A DNA stretch of 63,952 nucleotides, counting the filler, from a bacterium (GTDB lineage: Bacteria > UBP15 > UBA6099 > JAJRTR01): assembly GCA_024278215.1 (NCBI GenBank). It is 7 parts of 7 records of this genome, joined end to end, with 100 filler letters (N's around TTAATTAATTAA, not from the genome) between each part and the next. Parts side by side here need not be neighbours in the genome. Positions count along the whole stretch, not along the records: positions 45,330 to 52,200 come from JAJRTR010000087.1; positions 52,301 to 57,475 come from JAJRTR010000088.1; positions 57,576 to 62,068 come from JAJRTR010000090.1; 4 more parts are not named here. One strand, 5' to 3'. This document shows positions 49,047 to 57,760 of this stretch, one piece after another. Every line of letters starts with the position of its first letter. The first letter of the stretch is position 1. The position numbers and the translations under genes were made by a program. The notes under the pieces are model-generated. The model was not told where the DNA came from. It saw nothing but the letters and a program-made list of their open reading frames with translations, and searched no databases.

Positions 49047-51884
49047 GTGACGCCAAAATCGGCCGACCTCAAGCGTACAGCAGTCAAACAGAGTCTGCTC
49101 GATGTCGATCTCATGCTCAAGGAAGCAAACGAACATGCTTCACTTGGAATAAATGATGTTGCGCTGTCGCTTTACCAGAAAGCGCTGAAAAGCCTGCGGG
49201 AGCGTTTTGCAGGCGATGTGAAAAACATACCGGTCGATGTGCTTGTCATAAGATTCCGTGTTCTGATTCAACTTTCAAAGCTGTTTTCCGCCTCAGGCCG
49301 ACATGAAGAAGCGTTGAAATTCGCAGGCGATGCCAACCAGCTTGCTTCAATTGCCCTTAAAGATGAAGTCGAACTTTTACTCATTTCATGCACCGAACTT
49401 ACAAGGCTTTACATCGTTGCATCCGACCTGAACTCCGCAAAGAAAATCGTGGCCCGTGCAAACAAAGCCCCAAAGGGCGAAGACACCGGACTGTGCCAGG
49501 CTTTAAACTCGCTGGGCACAGGCAGGCTCTTCTTCGCATTCAAAAAATATGACATGGCGATGAATATCATCGAAAAAGGCTTGCGAGCGCTCCGGAAACC
49601 AAAAACCAGAGATCATATTGAAGTTAAAACAGACTTGTACAGTCTATACGTCGCATCCCTGAAAGCAGCGGGAGAAAAAGATAAAGCAGAAACTGTTCGC
49701 GACGAAGCAGTCGAGTTGTTGAACAAGAGCGGCAGAATAGCAAGAGACCGCGAAGAGGGTACATTCGATGCGATTTACTACTATACGAAAGCGCTGAAGG
49801 TACTTTCTACGGCACCGGATTCAGAGTTGAAAATAGCAAGGATATCTGAAGTCAACTTGAATCTTGCTGATATTCTCATAGTGAGGGGCCTGTGGTATGT
49901 TGCGCGAAAATTATTAAAAGAAACATCCGATTTCTATGTGGACAGCACGGATCATGATCCGAAAAATCGCATACTTTGCTGGGTAGGTCTCGGACAACTT
50001 TATATCGAGATGAAGCGCTACGAAAAGGCTGAGGATATTCTTTATAAATCCATATCATTTGCAGAAAACAGCAAGAATATATATTGCTACTGTCTGGCGA
50101 ATCATTACCTTGGTTTGTGTATATCCAAGATGGGTGACGACGAAAAAGGAGTAGAAAAGTTTGAAGAAGCCCTTGATTTCCTGCAGGACGTGTCGGACAG
50201 CCGCGAAAAATTCAGCCTGATGGCACGCATCTACAATCAGCTGGGGTTCATAGAGGCAAAAAAACAGAATATCGAGAAAGCCGTCGAGTATCTGAAAAAC
50301 AGCGTCGAGTTGCTTCGTCCATATACAAGGGACCTCGCGCTGGGCGAAGCATACCGGATGCTCGGTGAAATATATTCGCAACGACAACAATACATGCAGA
50401 GTGAACGCACCCTGAAAATTTCACTGGAAATATATGAAAAGAAAAACGCCCGGATCGAAGTGGCTCGAGTTTATAGAAGTATTGGAATCAACTTCCTGAG
50501 CCGGGGCGAATTGGATAAAGCGACATTTTTCCTTGATGAAGCGATAGAGATTTTTGAAAAACTCGGTCTCGATTCGGACTTGCCCAAACTCTACAGCAAC
50601 AAAGCCCAAGTATGTATTATGAAGGAAGATTACATCGCGGCCGAAGACCTTTCCAAGAAAGATTTCGAGATAGCGAAAAAATTCGACAACAAACATTCGC
50701 TTGCTTTTTCCTATTACCACCTTGGCCGCATCAGGCGATTGCTCAAGAGAACACATTCCGCCGAGGATTTCCTGAAAAGAAGCCTGGCGCTTTTCGAGGA
50801 AGTTAATAACATGGATATGGCGGGCCATGTGATGATCGAACTCGCGCTGTGCGCCTCTGAACGAAAAGATGTGAAATCTGCAACGGACTATTGCGCGAAA
50901 ACACAGAAAATTTTTAAACGCGACAAGCGGAATTCTCCCGAACTCGCCAAATTGCTTGTGACTCGCGGCATCGTCCTTAGAACCGCAGACAGAAGACAGA
51001 TAGCCAGACGTTGTTTCGAAGACGCACTCAGAATGTATGATAAGCTCGAGATGGTAGTGATCGACCTTGCTGAAGCACACTTCGAATTCGCGATGTACTG
51101 GAAGGGCATAAACGACAGAAAAACCGCCACCGAACATATGAGAAGCGCCATCGATATCGCCGAAAAACTCGGCCTCGGTCGTAAAGTCGATTCCTACCTT
51201 CAGGAACTCAACGCGTTCAACCCGGAAGAAGGATCAAAGCTGCGGCTGTCGCAACTCATGGACAAGTCCGCTGTCGAGCAGTTCACCAGCAGGAAAGTTA
51301 AAAGCGGGCAGCTTGTGGTAGAAAAGAAACACCTGACGATCCTCTTTACCGACATACGTAGTTTCACGATGATTTCCGAAACTCTGTCACTCGATGACAT
51401 GACTTCCTTCCTCAACGACTTCTACAGGAATGTAACGCAGGTAGTAATGAAATTCAACGGGCAGATCAACAAATTCATCGGTGACGCGGCGATGGCGATA
51501 TTCAACATGGACGGCCAACTCGACGATCATCCCGTGTGGGCGGTACGCGCGGCGCTGGACCTCGTGAGGGCAATGGAAGAGACAAATCACATTAGATCAA
51601 AAAAAGGCGAGATGCCGATACATGTGGGAATCGGCATCAACACGGGAGAAGTGCTGCTCGGCGCGTTCGGCTCGGGGCTCAGGCTCGATTACACTGCCAT
51701 CGGCGACAATGTTAATATCGCCTCCAGGATTCAGGGCCAGGCCGGACCAGGCGAAATCGTCATAAGCGACGCGACACTTGAACATGTAAAGGATATTGTC
51801 ACTGTCGAAGACCTCGGAGAAAAACCCCTCAAAGGAAAAGGACAGCCGCTGCGGCTCCACAAAGTGATGTGCCTCAAGGAATGA
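49047..51884 (+). CDS. Soluble TPR-repeat class III adenylate cyclase
   Basis: ~700 aa of TPR-like helices; ILFTDIRSFT, KFIGDAAM, DYTAIGDNVNIASRIQ. Confidence 0.9.
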   Translation: MTPKSADLKRTAVKQSLLDVDLMLKEANEHASLGINDVALSLYQKALKSLRERFAGDVKNIPVDVLVIRFRVLIQLSKLFSASGRHEEALKFAGDANQLASIALKDEVELLLISCTELTRLYIVASDLNSAKKIVARANKAPKGEDTGLCQALNSLGTGRLFFAFKKYDMAMNIIEKGLRALRKPKTRDHIEVKTDLYSLYVASLKAAGEKDKAETVRDEAVELLNKSGRIARDREEGTFDAIYYYTKALKVLSTAPDSELKIARISEVNLNLADILIVRGLWYVARKLLKETSDFYVDSTDHDPKNRILCWVGLGQLYIEMKRYEKAEDILYKSISFAENSKNIYCYCLANHYLGLCISKMGDDEKGVEKFEEALDFLQDVSDSREKFSLMARIYNQLGFIEAKKQNIEKAVEYLKNSVELLRPYTRDLALGEAYRMLGEIYSQRQQYMQSERTLKISLEIYEKKNARIEVARVYRSIGINFLSRGELDKATFFLDEAIEIFEKLGLDSDLPKLYSNKAQVCIMKEDYIAAEDLSKKDFEIAKKFDNKHSLAFSYYHLGRIRRLLKRTHSAEDFLKRSLALFEEVNNMDMAGHVMIELALCASERKDVKSATDYCAKTQKIFKRDKRNSPELAKLLVTRGIVLRTADRRQIARRCFEDALRMYDKLEMVVIDLAEAHFEFAMYWKGINDRKTATEHMRSAIDIAEKLGLGRKVDSYLQELNAFNPEEGSKLRLSQLMDKSAVEQFTSRKVKSGQLVVEKKHLTILFTDIRSFTMISETLSLDDMTSFLNDFYRNVTQVVMKFNGQINKFIGDAAMAIFNMDGQLDDHPVWAVRAALDLVRAMEETNHIRSKKGEMPIHVGIGINTGEVLLGAFGSGLRLDYTAIGDNVNIASRIQGQAGPGEIVISDATLEHVKDIVTVEDLGEKPLKGKGQPLRLHKVMCLKE

Positions 51885-52024
51885 TTCGTGTGTAATAAGT
51901 CATTTTCAAAAACAATGTTTTTGTCAAAGTCGGCCAAGATGTTCTGAAATGCAGAACGCACGTTCGTTATAGTCGATCATTTTTGGTTGACATTTGTCAT
52001 CTTCGACTTATTATGCACGAATCA
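51882..52024 (+). mobile_element. MITE family B (143 bp)
   Basis: 20-bp TIR TGATTCGTGTGTAATAAGTC / GACTTATTATGCACGAATCA; inverted copy at 52711. Confidence 0.88.
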
Positions 52025-52057
52025 AGAAATGAGCGCTTGTTTACATTCGCTGACAGG

Positions 52058-52200
52058 TGTTATAAACGCTGGCCGAAATTTGCCCCCCTGGAGGTGAAGC
52101 GCTGAAGTAAATTTGACCCCACTGTGAAAAATTTAATCCTCGAATATGGAAATGAAGGAAAGTGCTATGTTCGGGGAGGATCGGAATGATTGCAGTGGGA
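52058..52200 (+). mobile_element. Probable IS21-family left end and istA start, cut by contig end
   Basis: TG-initiated end with repeated AAATTTG(C/A)CCCC motifs; GGAGG RBS and ATG at 52186. Confidence 0.55.
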
Positions 52201-52300
52201 NNNNNNNNNNNNNNNNNNNNNNNNNNNNNNNNNNNNNNNNNNNNTTAATTAATTAANNNNNNNNNNNNNNNNNNNNNNNNNNNNNNNNNNNNNNNNNNNN
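52201..52300. other. Artificial contig linker
   Basis: N44-TTAATTAATTAA-N44. Confidence 0.98.
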
Positions 52301-52475
52301 CAGTTGCAAAATTATGTTCGAAGCGAGGTCGAGCGAAATTGGACTAAAGCAAAGCGGATGTGCAAAATCCCCGCAGGCGTACTTGTAGAGTACGTCGAGG
52401 AAGATTTTGTGCCGACAATGCAGCTGTTGACAATTGCAGCCAACCGCAGCCGAATCAGAATTTTGCAATTGGCTC
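52301..52475 (-). mobile_element. MITE family A at contig start
   Basis: Nearly full length; ends TTTTGCAATTGGCTC. Confidence 0.9.
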
Positions 52476-52710
52476 GCCTGTAATACAAGGCGCGGCAAGT
52501 GAGTGGTGAGGGAGCATACTGCTGGTATGTGAACGATCCCGAATCGCCGCCGCAACACAGTAGAACAGGCGTTATCCCGATTTTCCGGCGGAAAGAAAAC
52601 ACCTCACCGCTTTGCAGCCTCCAGCCGGGCGATCCACATTGTAACAATAATGATCACGCAATGAAATGTTTCCTGTGAACTTTCGGGGGATTTTATTTTA
52701 CAACAGAAAT

Positions 52711-52853
52711 TGATTCGTGTGTAATAAGTCGAAGATGACAATTGTCAACCAACAATGATCGACTATAACGAACGTGCGTTCAGCATTTCAAAGCATCTTG
52801 ACCGACTTTGACAAAAACATTGTTTTTGAAAATGACTTATTACGCACGAATCA
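52711..52853 (-). mobile_element. MITE family B (143 bp)
   Basis: Reverse complement of 51882-52024 with a few substitutions. Confidence 0.88.
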
Positions 52854-53170
52854 AGATTCCGTTTGCGCATCAAGCAAATCGCCGTCTGTCACCCCTCCTC
52901 CACTCATCAGCACCACGGGTATGCGGCCACCCCCGGTATGCGTGCGTCGAATGACCCTCGAGGTCTCGACACCCGACATGCCCGGGAGCGCCACATCCGT
53001 TAGTACTATGTCCGGCCCTTCTTCTTTCACACGCCTGAGCGCCTTCTTCACATCACCCTCTTTGATAATTATGAAATGTTCGGCCAGTACGCGTGCCAGT
53101 ACTCCAAGCAGCTTTTCATCGTCTTCTATTTCATTTTTCCCTGTTTGCTTTACAGCTACTTTATCCCCTC
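52851..53170 (-). pseudogene. Truncated receiver-domain gene
   Basis: IEDDEKLL...PDIVLTDVALPGMSG...IPVVLMSG; lacks the C-terminal KP motif; stop supplied by MITE B; no in-frame start upstream of the acidic motif. Confidence 0.65.
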
Positions 53171-53366
53171 TGTTCCATCGTTCATTTCATATTATGATTC
53201 CAGCCTGCGCCTGTGTCTGTGACGCTGCTCACTATCGGCATGTGATATGTGTCACAAACAGGTGTGACTTATGTCAATCGGCAACAAATAGAAAAGCCGC
53301 AACCTGTTGTGGCCGGGTGTTTTTGTGTAGAATTCTGGAAGCGACATGCCGGAAAGGAAAAACGCG

Positions 53367-53993
53367 ATGAGCGAACTGATACTTGTAAGACATGGAGAGA
53401 CAGTCGGAGAATCGGCGTTGAGGCTGTATGGAAGGACGGATATCGAGATGAGCGACCTGGGGCGCAGGCAGATGGCGGCGGTGCGCGACGCACTTGCGGA
53501 CATCGAGTTCGCTTATGCGGCATCGAGTCCGCTGCGGCGCTCGCGCGAGGCGGCGCGCATAGTGATTGGAGAGCGGAAAACGACCGTAGATATTGTCGGC
53601 GATTTCACAGAGATAGACTTCGGCCAATGGGAAGGATGGTCGCTGGCGGAAGCAGCGGAGAAAGACCCTGAGAACCACTGCGAGTGGCGGAAATCCGGGG
53701 TGGAGTTCAGGTTTCCCGGCGGAGACATGAAAAGAGAGTTTTTCCAGCGAGTAGCATGCACGGCGGTCGAGATATTCGGGCAAGCGCCCCGCCCAGCGCT
53801 TGCCGTACTGCACAAGGGCGTAATAAAAGGCATACTCGCCGGCCTGCTGGGAAAGCCGGTTGCCGATTTCACAGAGTACAAAATCGAACTCGGCAGCATC
53901 CACCGGCTTACACTATCACAAACAGGATGGAATCTCATCTCCGAGAACGAAACCAGGCACCTTGCAGAATTCAGGATACCCTCCTCGGCATGA
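53367..53993 (+). CDS. Histidine phosphatase family protein
   Basis: LVRHGET, SSPLRRS, EIDFGQWEG, FPGG, VLHKGVI. Confidence 0.92.
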   Translation: MSELILVRHGETVGESALRLYGRTDIEMSDLGRRQMAAVRDALADIEFAYAASSPLRRSREAARIVIGERKTTVDIVGDFTEIDFGQWEGWSLAEAAEKDPENHCEWRKSGVEFRFPGGDMKREFFQRVACTAVEIFGQAPRPALAVLHKGVIKGILAGLLGKPVADFTEYKIELGSIHRLTLSQTGWNLISENETRHLAEFRIPSSA

Positions 53994-54095
53994 TACAAGT
54001 AGTGGTTGAAGAAAACCAGCTCCTACCGGAATGCGCGCAAATCGCCGCTATCCCGGGAGAAGGAAACAGGGAGTCCGGAGGTTTCCGCCCAACCA

Positions 54096-55049
54096 CTACC
54101 TTGCAACCGCTCCGTTGCTGTTGCGGATTTTGCGTTCGATTTCCAGCATAGTCCTGTCCAGTTGCTTATCGGATTTTCTATTTGCTTCGACCCGTTTGGC
54201 GGTGTTGCATATAGAAGACGGGCCGACGGCGAACAGGTCGCCGAGTTCCTCGAGCGGTATCGTGGTGACATTCCTGCAAAGATAAATAGCGATATTGCGC
54301 GGAATATTCGGTTTTTTTCTGTTATTTGTAATCGATTCCACAGAAACGCTGTAGTAGGCGGCGATGGCGTCGATAACTTTTGTCGGGCTTATAGTTGCAA
54401 GCGGAGGGCGTTCCGATTCCTTTTTCACAAACTCGATAAAATCCGGTCCGCCTATGATCCGCTGTTTCAGAAGCATTTTCTCCATGGCGGTATAATCCAG
54501 ATTGATGCCCGATTCGACATAGTCCTTATATTTTCGTTTGCACCTGTTAGGCGACCCGCTGAACTTGCCGAGTACATCTCTTGTAAAAACCGCCGGTATC
54601 TGGTCGCCGGGCAGGGCATATTTGTAGTGGCTGGTCCAGCGGTAGCGGTCGGGGTGGTGCGCCAGGCCCGCATAAACAGGAATCAGGTGAATATGGCGGG
54701 TGATCTTCAACAGGTATCGCGATTTGTCCACCACGGGACTCTTATACCTGCCCTTGAAAAGGCGGCCCGAAATCCTGTGGCGCGTATTGATATAAGCCAT
54801 ATAATGACTGTTTATATACTGTAAAGCTTTTGTCAGGTTGCCCATCGGCGTTTCGAGTAACAGCCTGTAGCTGTCGTTCATCAGGCAGAATGCGTGCAGT
54901 TTCAGCGAATATCTTTTAATACCGTAATCCAGTATCTGGAGAAATCTGTTTCTGTCTATGTCATCCTGAAAAATCCTTACGTCCGGCATTGCCTCAACAT
55001 ATATATGATAAAGAGCGCCCGGGTATTCAATTCTTGTGGGTCTCGGCAC
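54096..55049 (-). CDS. RAYT/Y1 transposase-like protein with DnaA C-terminal-like HTH; catalytic residues substituted
   Basis: PRPTRIEYPGALYH, HAFCLM, GRLFKGRYKS, YRWTS; C-terminal RNIAIYLCR...LEELGDLF; GTG start with GGAGG RBS. Confidence 0.85.
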   Translation of the reverse strand: MPRPTRIEYPGALYHIYVEAMPDVRIFQDDIDRNRFLQILDYGIKRYSLKLHAFCLMNDSYRLLLETPMGNLTKALQYINSHYMAYINTRHRISGRLFKGRYKSPVVDKSRYLLKITRHIHLIPVYAGLAHHPDRYRWTSHYKYALPGDQIPAVFTRDVLGKFSGSPNRCKRKYKDYVESGINLDYTAMEKMLLKQRIIGGPDFIEFVKKESERPPLATISPTKVIDAIAAYYSVSVESITNNRKKPNIPRNIAIYLCRNVTTIPLEELGDLFAVGPSSICNTAKRVEANRKSDKQLDRTMLEIERKIRNSNGAVAR

Positions 55050-55181
55050 CTCTGTGTAACCTCCCTGCAAATCAAACTTCGCCTGGTTTTTCCCTGCCCC
55101 GCCGAAGTATTCGTATCCCTGCCGGATTCTTTATGAAACCGACCTTCGGATGCTGCAATCCCAGCATTCCGTTTCTCACAT

Positions 55182-55195
55182 GAGCCAATTGCCTC
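55182..55195. mobile_element. 14-bp fully collapsed MITE A footprint
   Basis: ACAT-GAGCCAATTGCCTC-ACAT. Confidence 0.7.
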
Positions 55196-55423
55196 ACATT
55201 ATCTTCTGTTATCGATTCGCCCGTTATTATCCGCCGGGTTTGGAATTCACATCTGAAACAAGTCTGAAAACAGGCATTGTCCTGCTTTTTTATCACCCAT
55301 TCCTATCGATTCGAGCGGTTTTGTCATTCATGCTTGCCGACGTTGTTAAATGCACGTGGGGATCGGACTGCGGCGAATCAACAAAACCAAATTATAGTGT
55401 CTGAAAACGGCATGTCAATGCTT

Positions 55424-56236
55424 TCACAGGTTTTGAAAAAATGAGTGAGCTGCATCAACAACAGCATCATGATCTACCTTTGCCGAGCGACCGGAATTAT
55501 TAAAAAACACAGCAAAGAACTCGATATTTCCTTTCGGACCCCTCAGGCGCGAGAATGTCAGGCCGCCTGTGTACAGTCCGAATTCCACGGCAACGTCGGT
55601 GATGTTTTTCAGCACCTTGGTGTGGACTTCGGCGTCTTTGACAACTCCGCCTTTGCCAACTTTCCCGCGCCCGGCCTCGAACTGCGGTTTCACAAGCGAC
55701 ACTATAAGACCGTCGTCTTTCAACAATTTGGAAACAGCCGGAAAAACCTTCAACAATGAAATGAAAGAAACGTCCATTGTCGCCATGTCGAATGATTTGT
55801 CGAAATCGCCCGGATCGAGGTACCGTGCATTTGTTTTTTCAAACACCGAGACACGTTTGTCGTTGCGGAGTTTCATAGCGAGTTGGCCGTATCCGACATC
55901 AACAGCAGCAACAGTTTTCGCGCCGCGCCGGAGCAGACAGTCGGTAAAACCGCCTGTCGATGCGCCGATGTCCAGCACGTCGAGGCCTTTCGGGTCGATG
56001 TTGAAGTCGTCCAGAGCGCCTTCGAGCTTCTCGCCGCCCCGGCTCACATATTTCGAGCCGCCGCCCCTGACTCGGACCCGCGCATGTACTGAAACGCTCA
56101 CGCCGGCCTTCGTTACAGGTGTGTCGTCCACCAGCACACGGCCTGCCATTATCAACGCTTTTGCCTTTTCCCGCGATTCGGCAAGTCCTTTTTCGGCAAC
56201 TATGCGGTCCAGTCTTCTCCTGTCTTTTCCCGGCAT
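55424..56236 (-). CDS. tlyA: TlyA-family rRNA 2'-O-methyltransferase
   Basis: S4 domain; YVSRGGEKL, LDIGASTGGFTD, DVSFISL, VKPQFE, GNIEF. Confidence 0.96.
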   Translation of the reverse strand: MPGKDRRRLDRIVAEKGLAESREKAKALIMAGRVLVDDTPVTKAGVSVSVHARVRVRGGGSKYVSRGGEKLEGALDDFNIDPKGLDVLDIGASTGGFTDCLLRRGAKTVAAVDVGYGQLAMKLRNDKRVSVFEKTNARYLDPGDFDKSFDMATMDVSFISLLKVFPAVSKLLKDDGLIVSLVKPQFEAGRGKVGKGGVVKDAEVHTKVLKNITDVAVEFGLYTGGLTFSRLRGPKGNIEFFAVFFNNSGRSAKVDHDAVVDAAHSFFQNL

Positions 56237-56312
56237 AATCCCCCCTTTGCCCGCCCCCCCTTCCCGTGCTGGAACAAGGGAACAGGAGAATGATATAATT
56301 CGTGTGAATATC

Positions 56313-56430
56313 TAAACTCGTGCGTTTTTCGATATTATGTGTAAATTTCGGGGACATGACTGGAATTTGCCCTTTAATTCCGGATCGTATCCCCAGAAGT
56401 ACAATTGCCTTTTACAAAAACGCACAAGAT
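56313..56430 (+). repeat. Repeat family C, complete MITE-like copy
   Basis: Terminal IR CTCGTGCGTTTTT / AAAAACGCACAAG; internal GGGGACATGACTGGAATT...AATTCCGGATCGTATCCCC hairpin. Confidence 0.7.
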
Positions 56431-56471
56431 CAGTAAATATTATAGCCTATGATTTCAGGAGGAGTGCAGTG

Positions 56472-56948
56472 ATGGAAATGAAACCTGTGGTAGGAGTTAT
56501 GGGGCCCGGCGCGCCGGACGAGGAAACTATGGCGATGGCGGAGGAAGTGGGAAGGGGAGTCGCGGAGCGCGGCGGTGTTCTGCTGTGCGGAGGAGGCGGC
56601 GGCGCGATGGAGGCGGCGGCGCGGGGCGCGGCGCAGGCAGGGGGTACAGTTGTTGGTGTGCTGTCCGGCCCGGACCCGGCGGCGGCTAACGAATATGTGA
56701 CTATTCGCATCGCTACCGGCATGGGGAACGCGCGTAATGTTGTCAATGTGCTGTCGTCGGATGTAGTGATTGCTGTGAGGGGGTCTTACGGCACACTTTC
56801 GGAGATAGCGCTGGCACTGAAATGCGGCAGGCCGGTTGTGGCGTTGCAGTCGTGGCGACTGGACAGGATCGGACTCGACGACGAACTTTTTCATGTGGCC
56901 GGGTCGCCCGCCGAAGCAGTGCGAAAAGCGTTTGAACTGATAACGTAG
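56472..56948 (+). CDS. LOG/SLOG family protein (TIGR00725-like)
   Basis: CGGGGGAMEAAARGA, TGMGNARN, GSYGTLSEIALAL. Confidence 0.9.
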   Translation: MEMKPVVGVMGPGAPDEETMAMAEEVGRGVAERGGVLLCGGGGGAMEAAARGAAQAGGTVVGVLSGPDPAAANEYVTIRIATGMGNARNVVNVLSSDVVIAVRGSYGTLSEIALALKCGRPVVALQSWRLDRIGLDDELFHVAGSPAEAVRKAFELIT

Positions 56949-57050
56949 AGCAAAAAGCAAATTGTGCATTGATTATTTTTCCGCACATTTTGCAATTTTA
57001 TCACATAAATACTGGAAAATATTCATAAAGGCCTTTGAATCGAAATCGTT

Positions 57051-57317
57051 ATGAACGAAGAATACTACCAGAGCGATGAGATAATCGCACTGTCACCCAG
57101 GGGTTTCGATGAGGTGACACTCGCAGCCGATGAGCTTAAAGCCGGCAAGCCGATAATTATAAACTTCTCCGATTTCCAGTCGGAAGAGCGTATATGGGCC
57201 ATCCAGTTTCTCAACGGTGTCGTATATGCGATGGGCGGCAAGTCTAAAGATATCGGCAACATGGTTTTTCTTTTCGCACCTCCGAATGTCGATATCAATC
57301 TTGATTCATTGAACTGA
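57051..57317 (+). CDS. sepF: Cell division protein SepF (short form)
   Basis: PRGFDEV...LKAGKPIIINF...FLNGVVYAMGG...VFLFAPPNV. Confidence 0.88.
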   Translation: MNEEYYQSDEIIALSPRGFDEVTLAADELKAGKPIIINFSDFQSEERIWAIQFLNGVVYAMGGKSKDIGNMVFLFAPPNVDINLDSLN

Positions 57318-57475
57318 GCCAATTGCAAAATTATGTTCGAAGCGAGGTCGAACGAAATTATTCAGAAGCAAGGCGGAGGTGCAAAATCACCGCAGGCGTA
57401 CTTGCAGAGTACGTTGAGGAAGATTTTGTGCCGACAACGCAGCTGTTGACAATTGCAGCCGACTGTAGCCGAATC
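57316..57475 (-). mobile_element. MITE family A, cut by contig end
   Basis: Starts GAGCCAATTGCAAAATTATG and overlaps the sepF TGA. Confidence 0.9.
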
Positions 57476-57575
57476 NNNNNNNNNNNNNNNNNNNNNNNNN
57501 NNNNNNNNNNNNNNNNNNNTTAATTAATTAANNNNNNNNNNNNNNNNNNNNNNNNNNNNNNNNNNNNNNNNNNNN
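57476..57575. other. Artificial contig linker
   Basis: N44-TTAATTAATTAA-N44. Confidence 0.98.
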
Positions 57576-57576
57576 A

Positions 57577-57684
57577 GTGAAAAAACAAATAGCAAATTAT
57601 AAGCAATTCAAAAAACTTACCGGCGAATGGATCGACCTATCCGTCGAACTCGCCAAGCTTCGCAAATCAGTAAAAAAGGGGTAA
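57577..57684 (+). CDS. C-terminal tail of a small IS-associated protein (DUF6788-like)
   Basis: VKKQIANYKQFKKLTGEWIDLSVELAKLR pattern; partial at contig start. Confidence 0.5.
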   Translation: MKKQIANYKQFKKLTGEWIDLSVELAKLRKSVKKG

Positions 57685-57760
57685 AGTATTATCCAGAACT
57701 TGGTACTGTCCAGTAAGAGAAGAAAGTATATTTAAAGTTTCTGTTTCTCTGAGCCTTATA

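Noticed and set aside
17639-52680. ATGAA(G/A)TGTTTCCTGTGA at ~17639 and ~52661 resembling parS
   Set aside because: Five or more mismatches to TGTTTCACGTGAAACA and not palindromic; only two copies.
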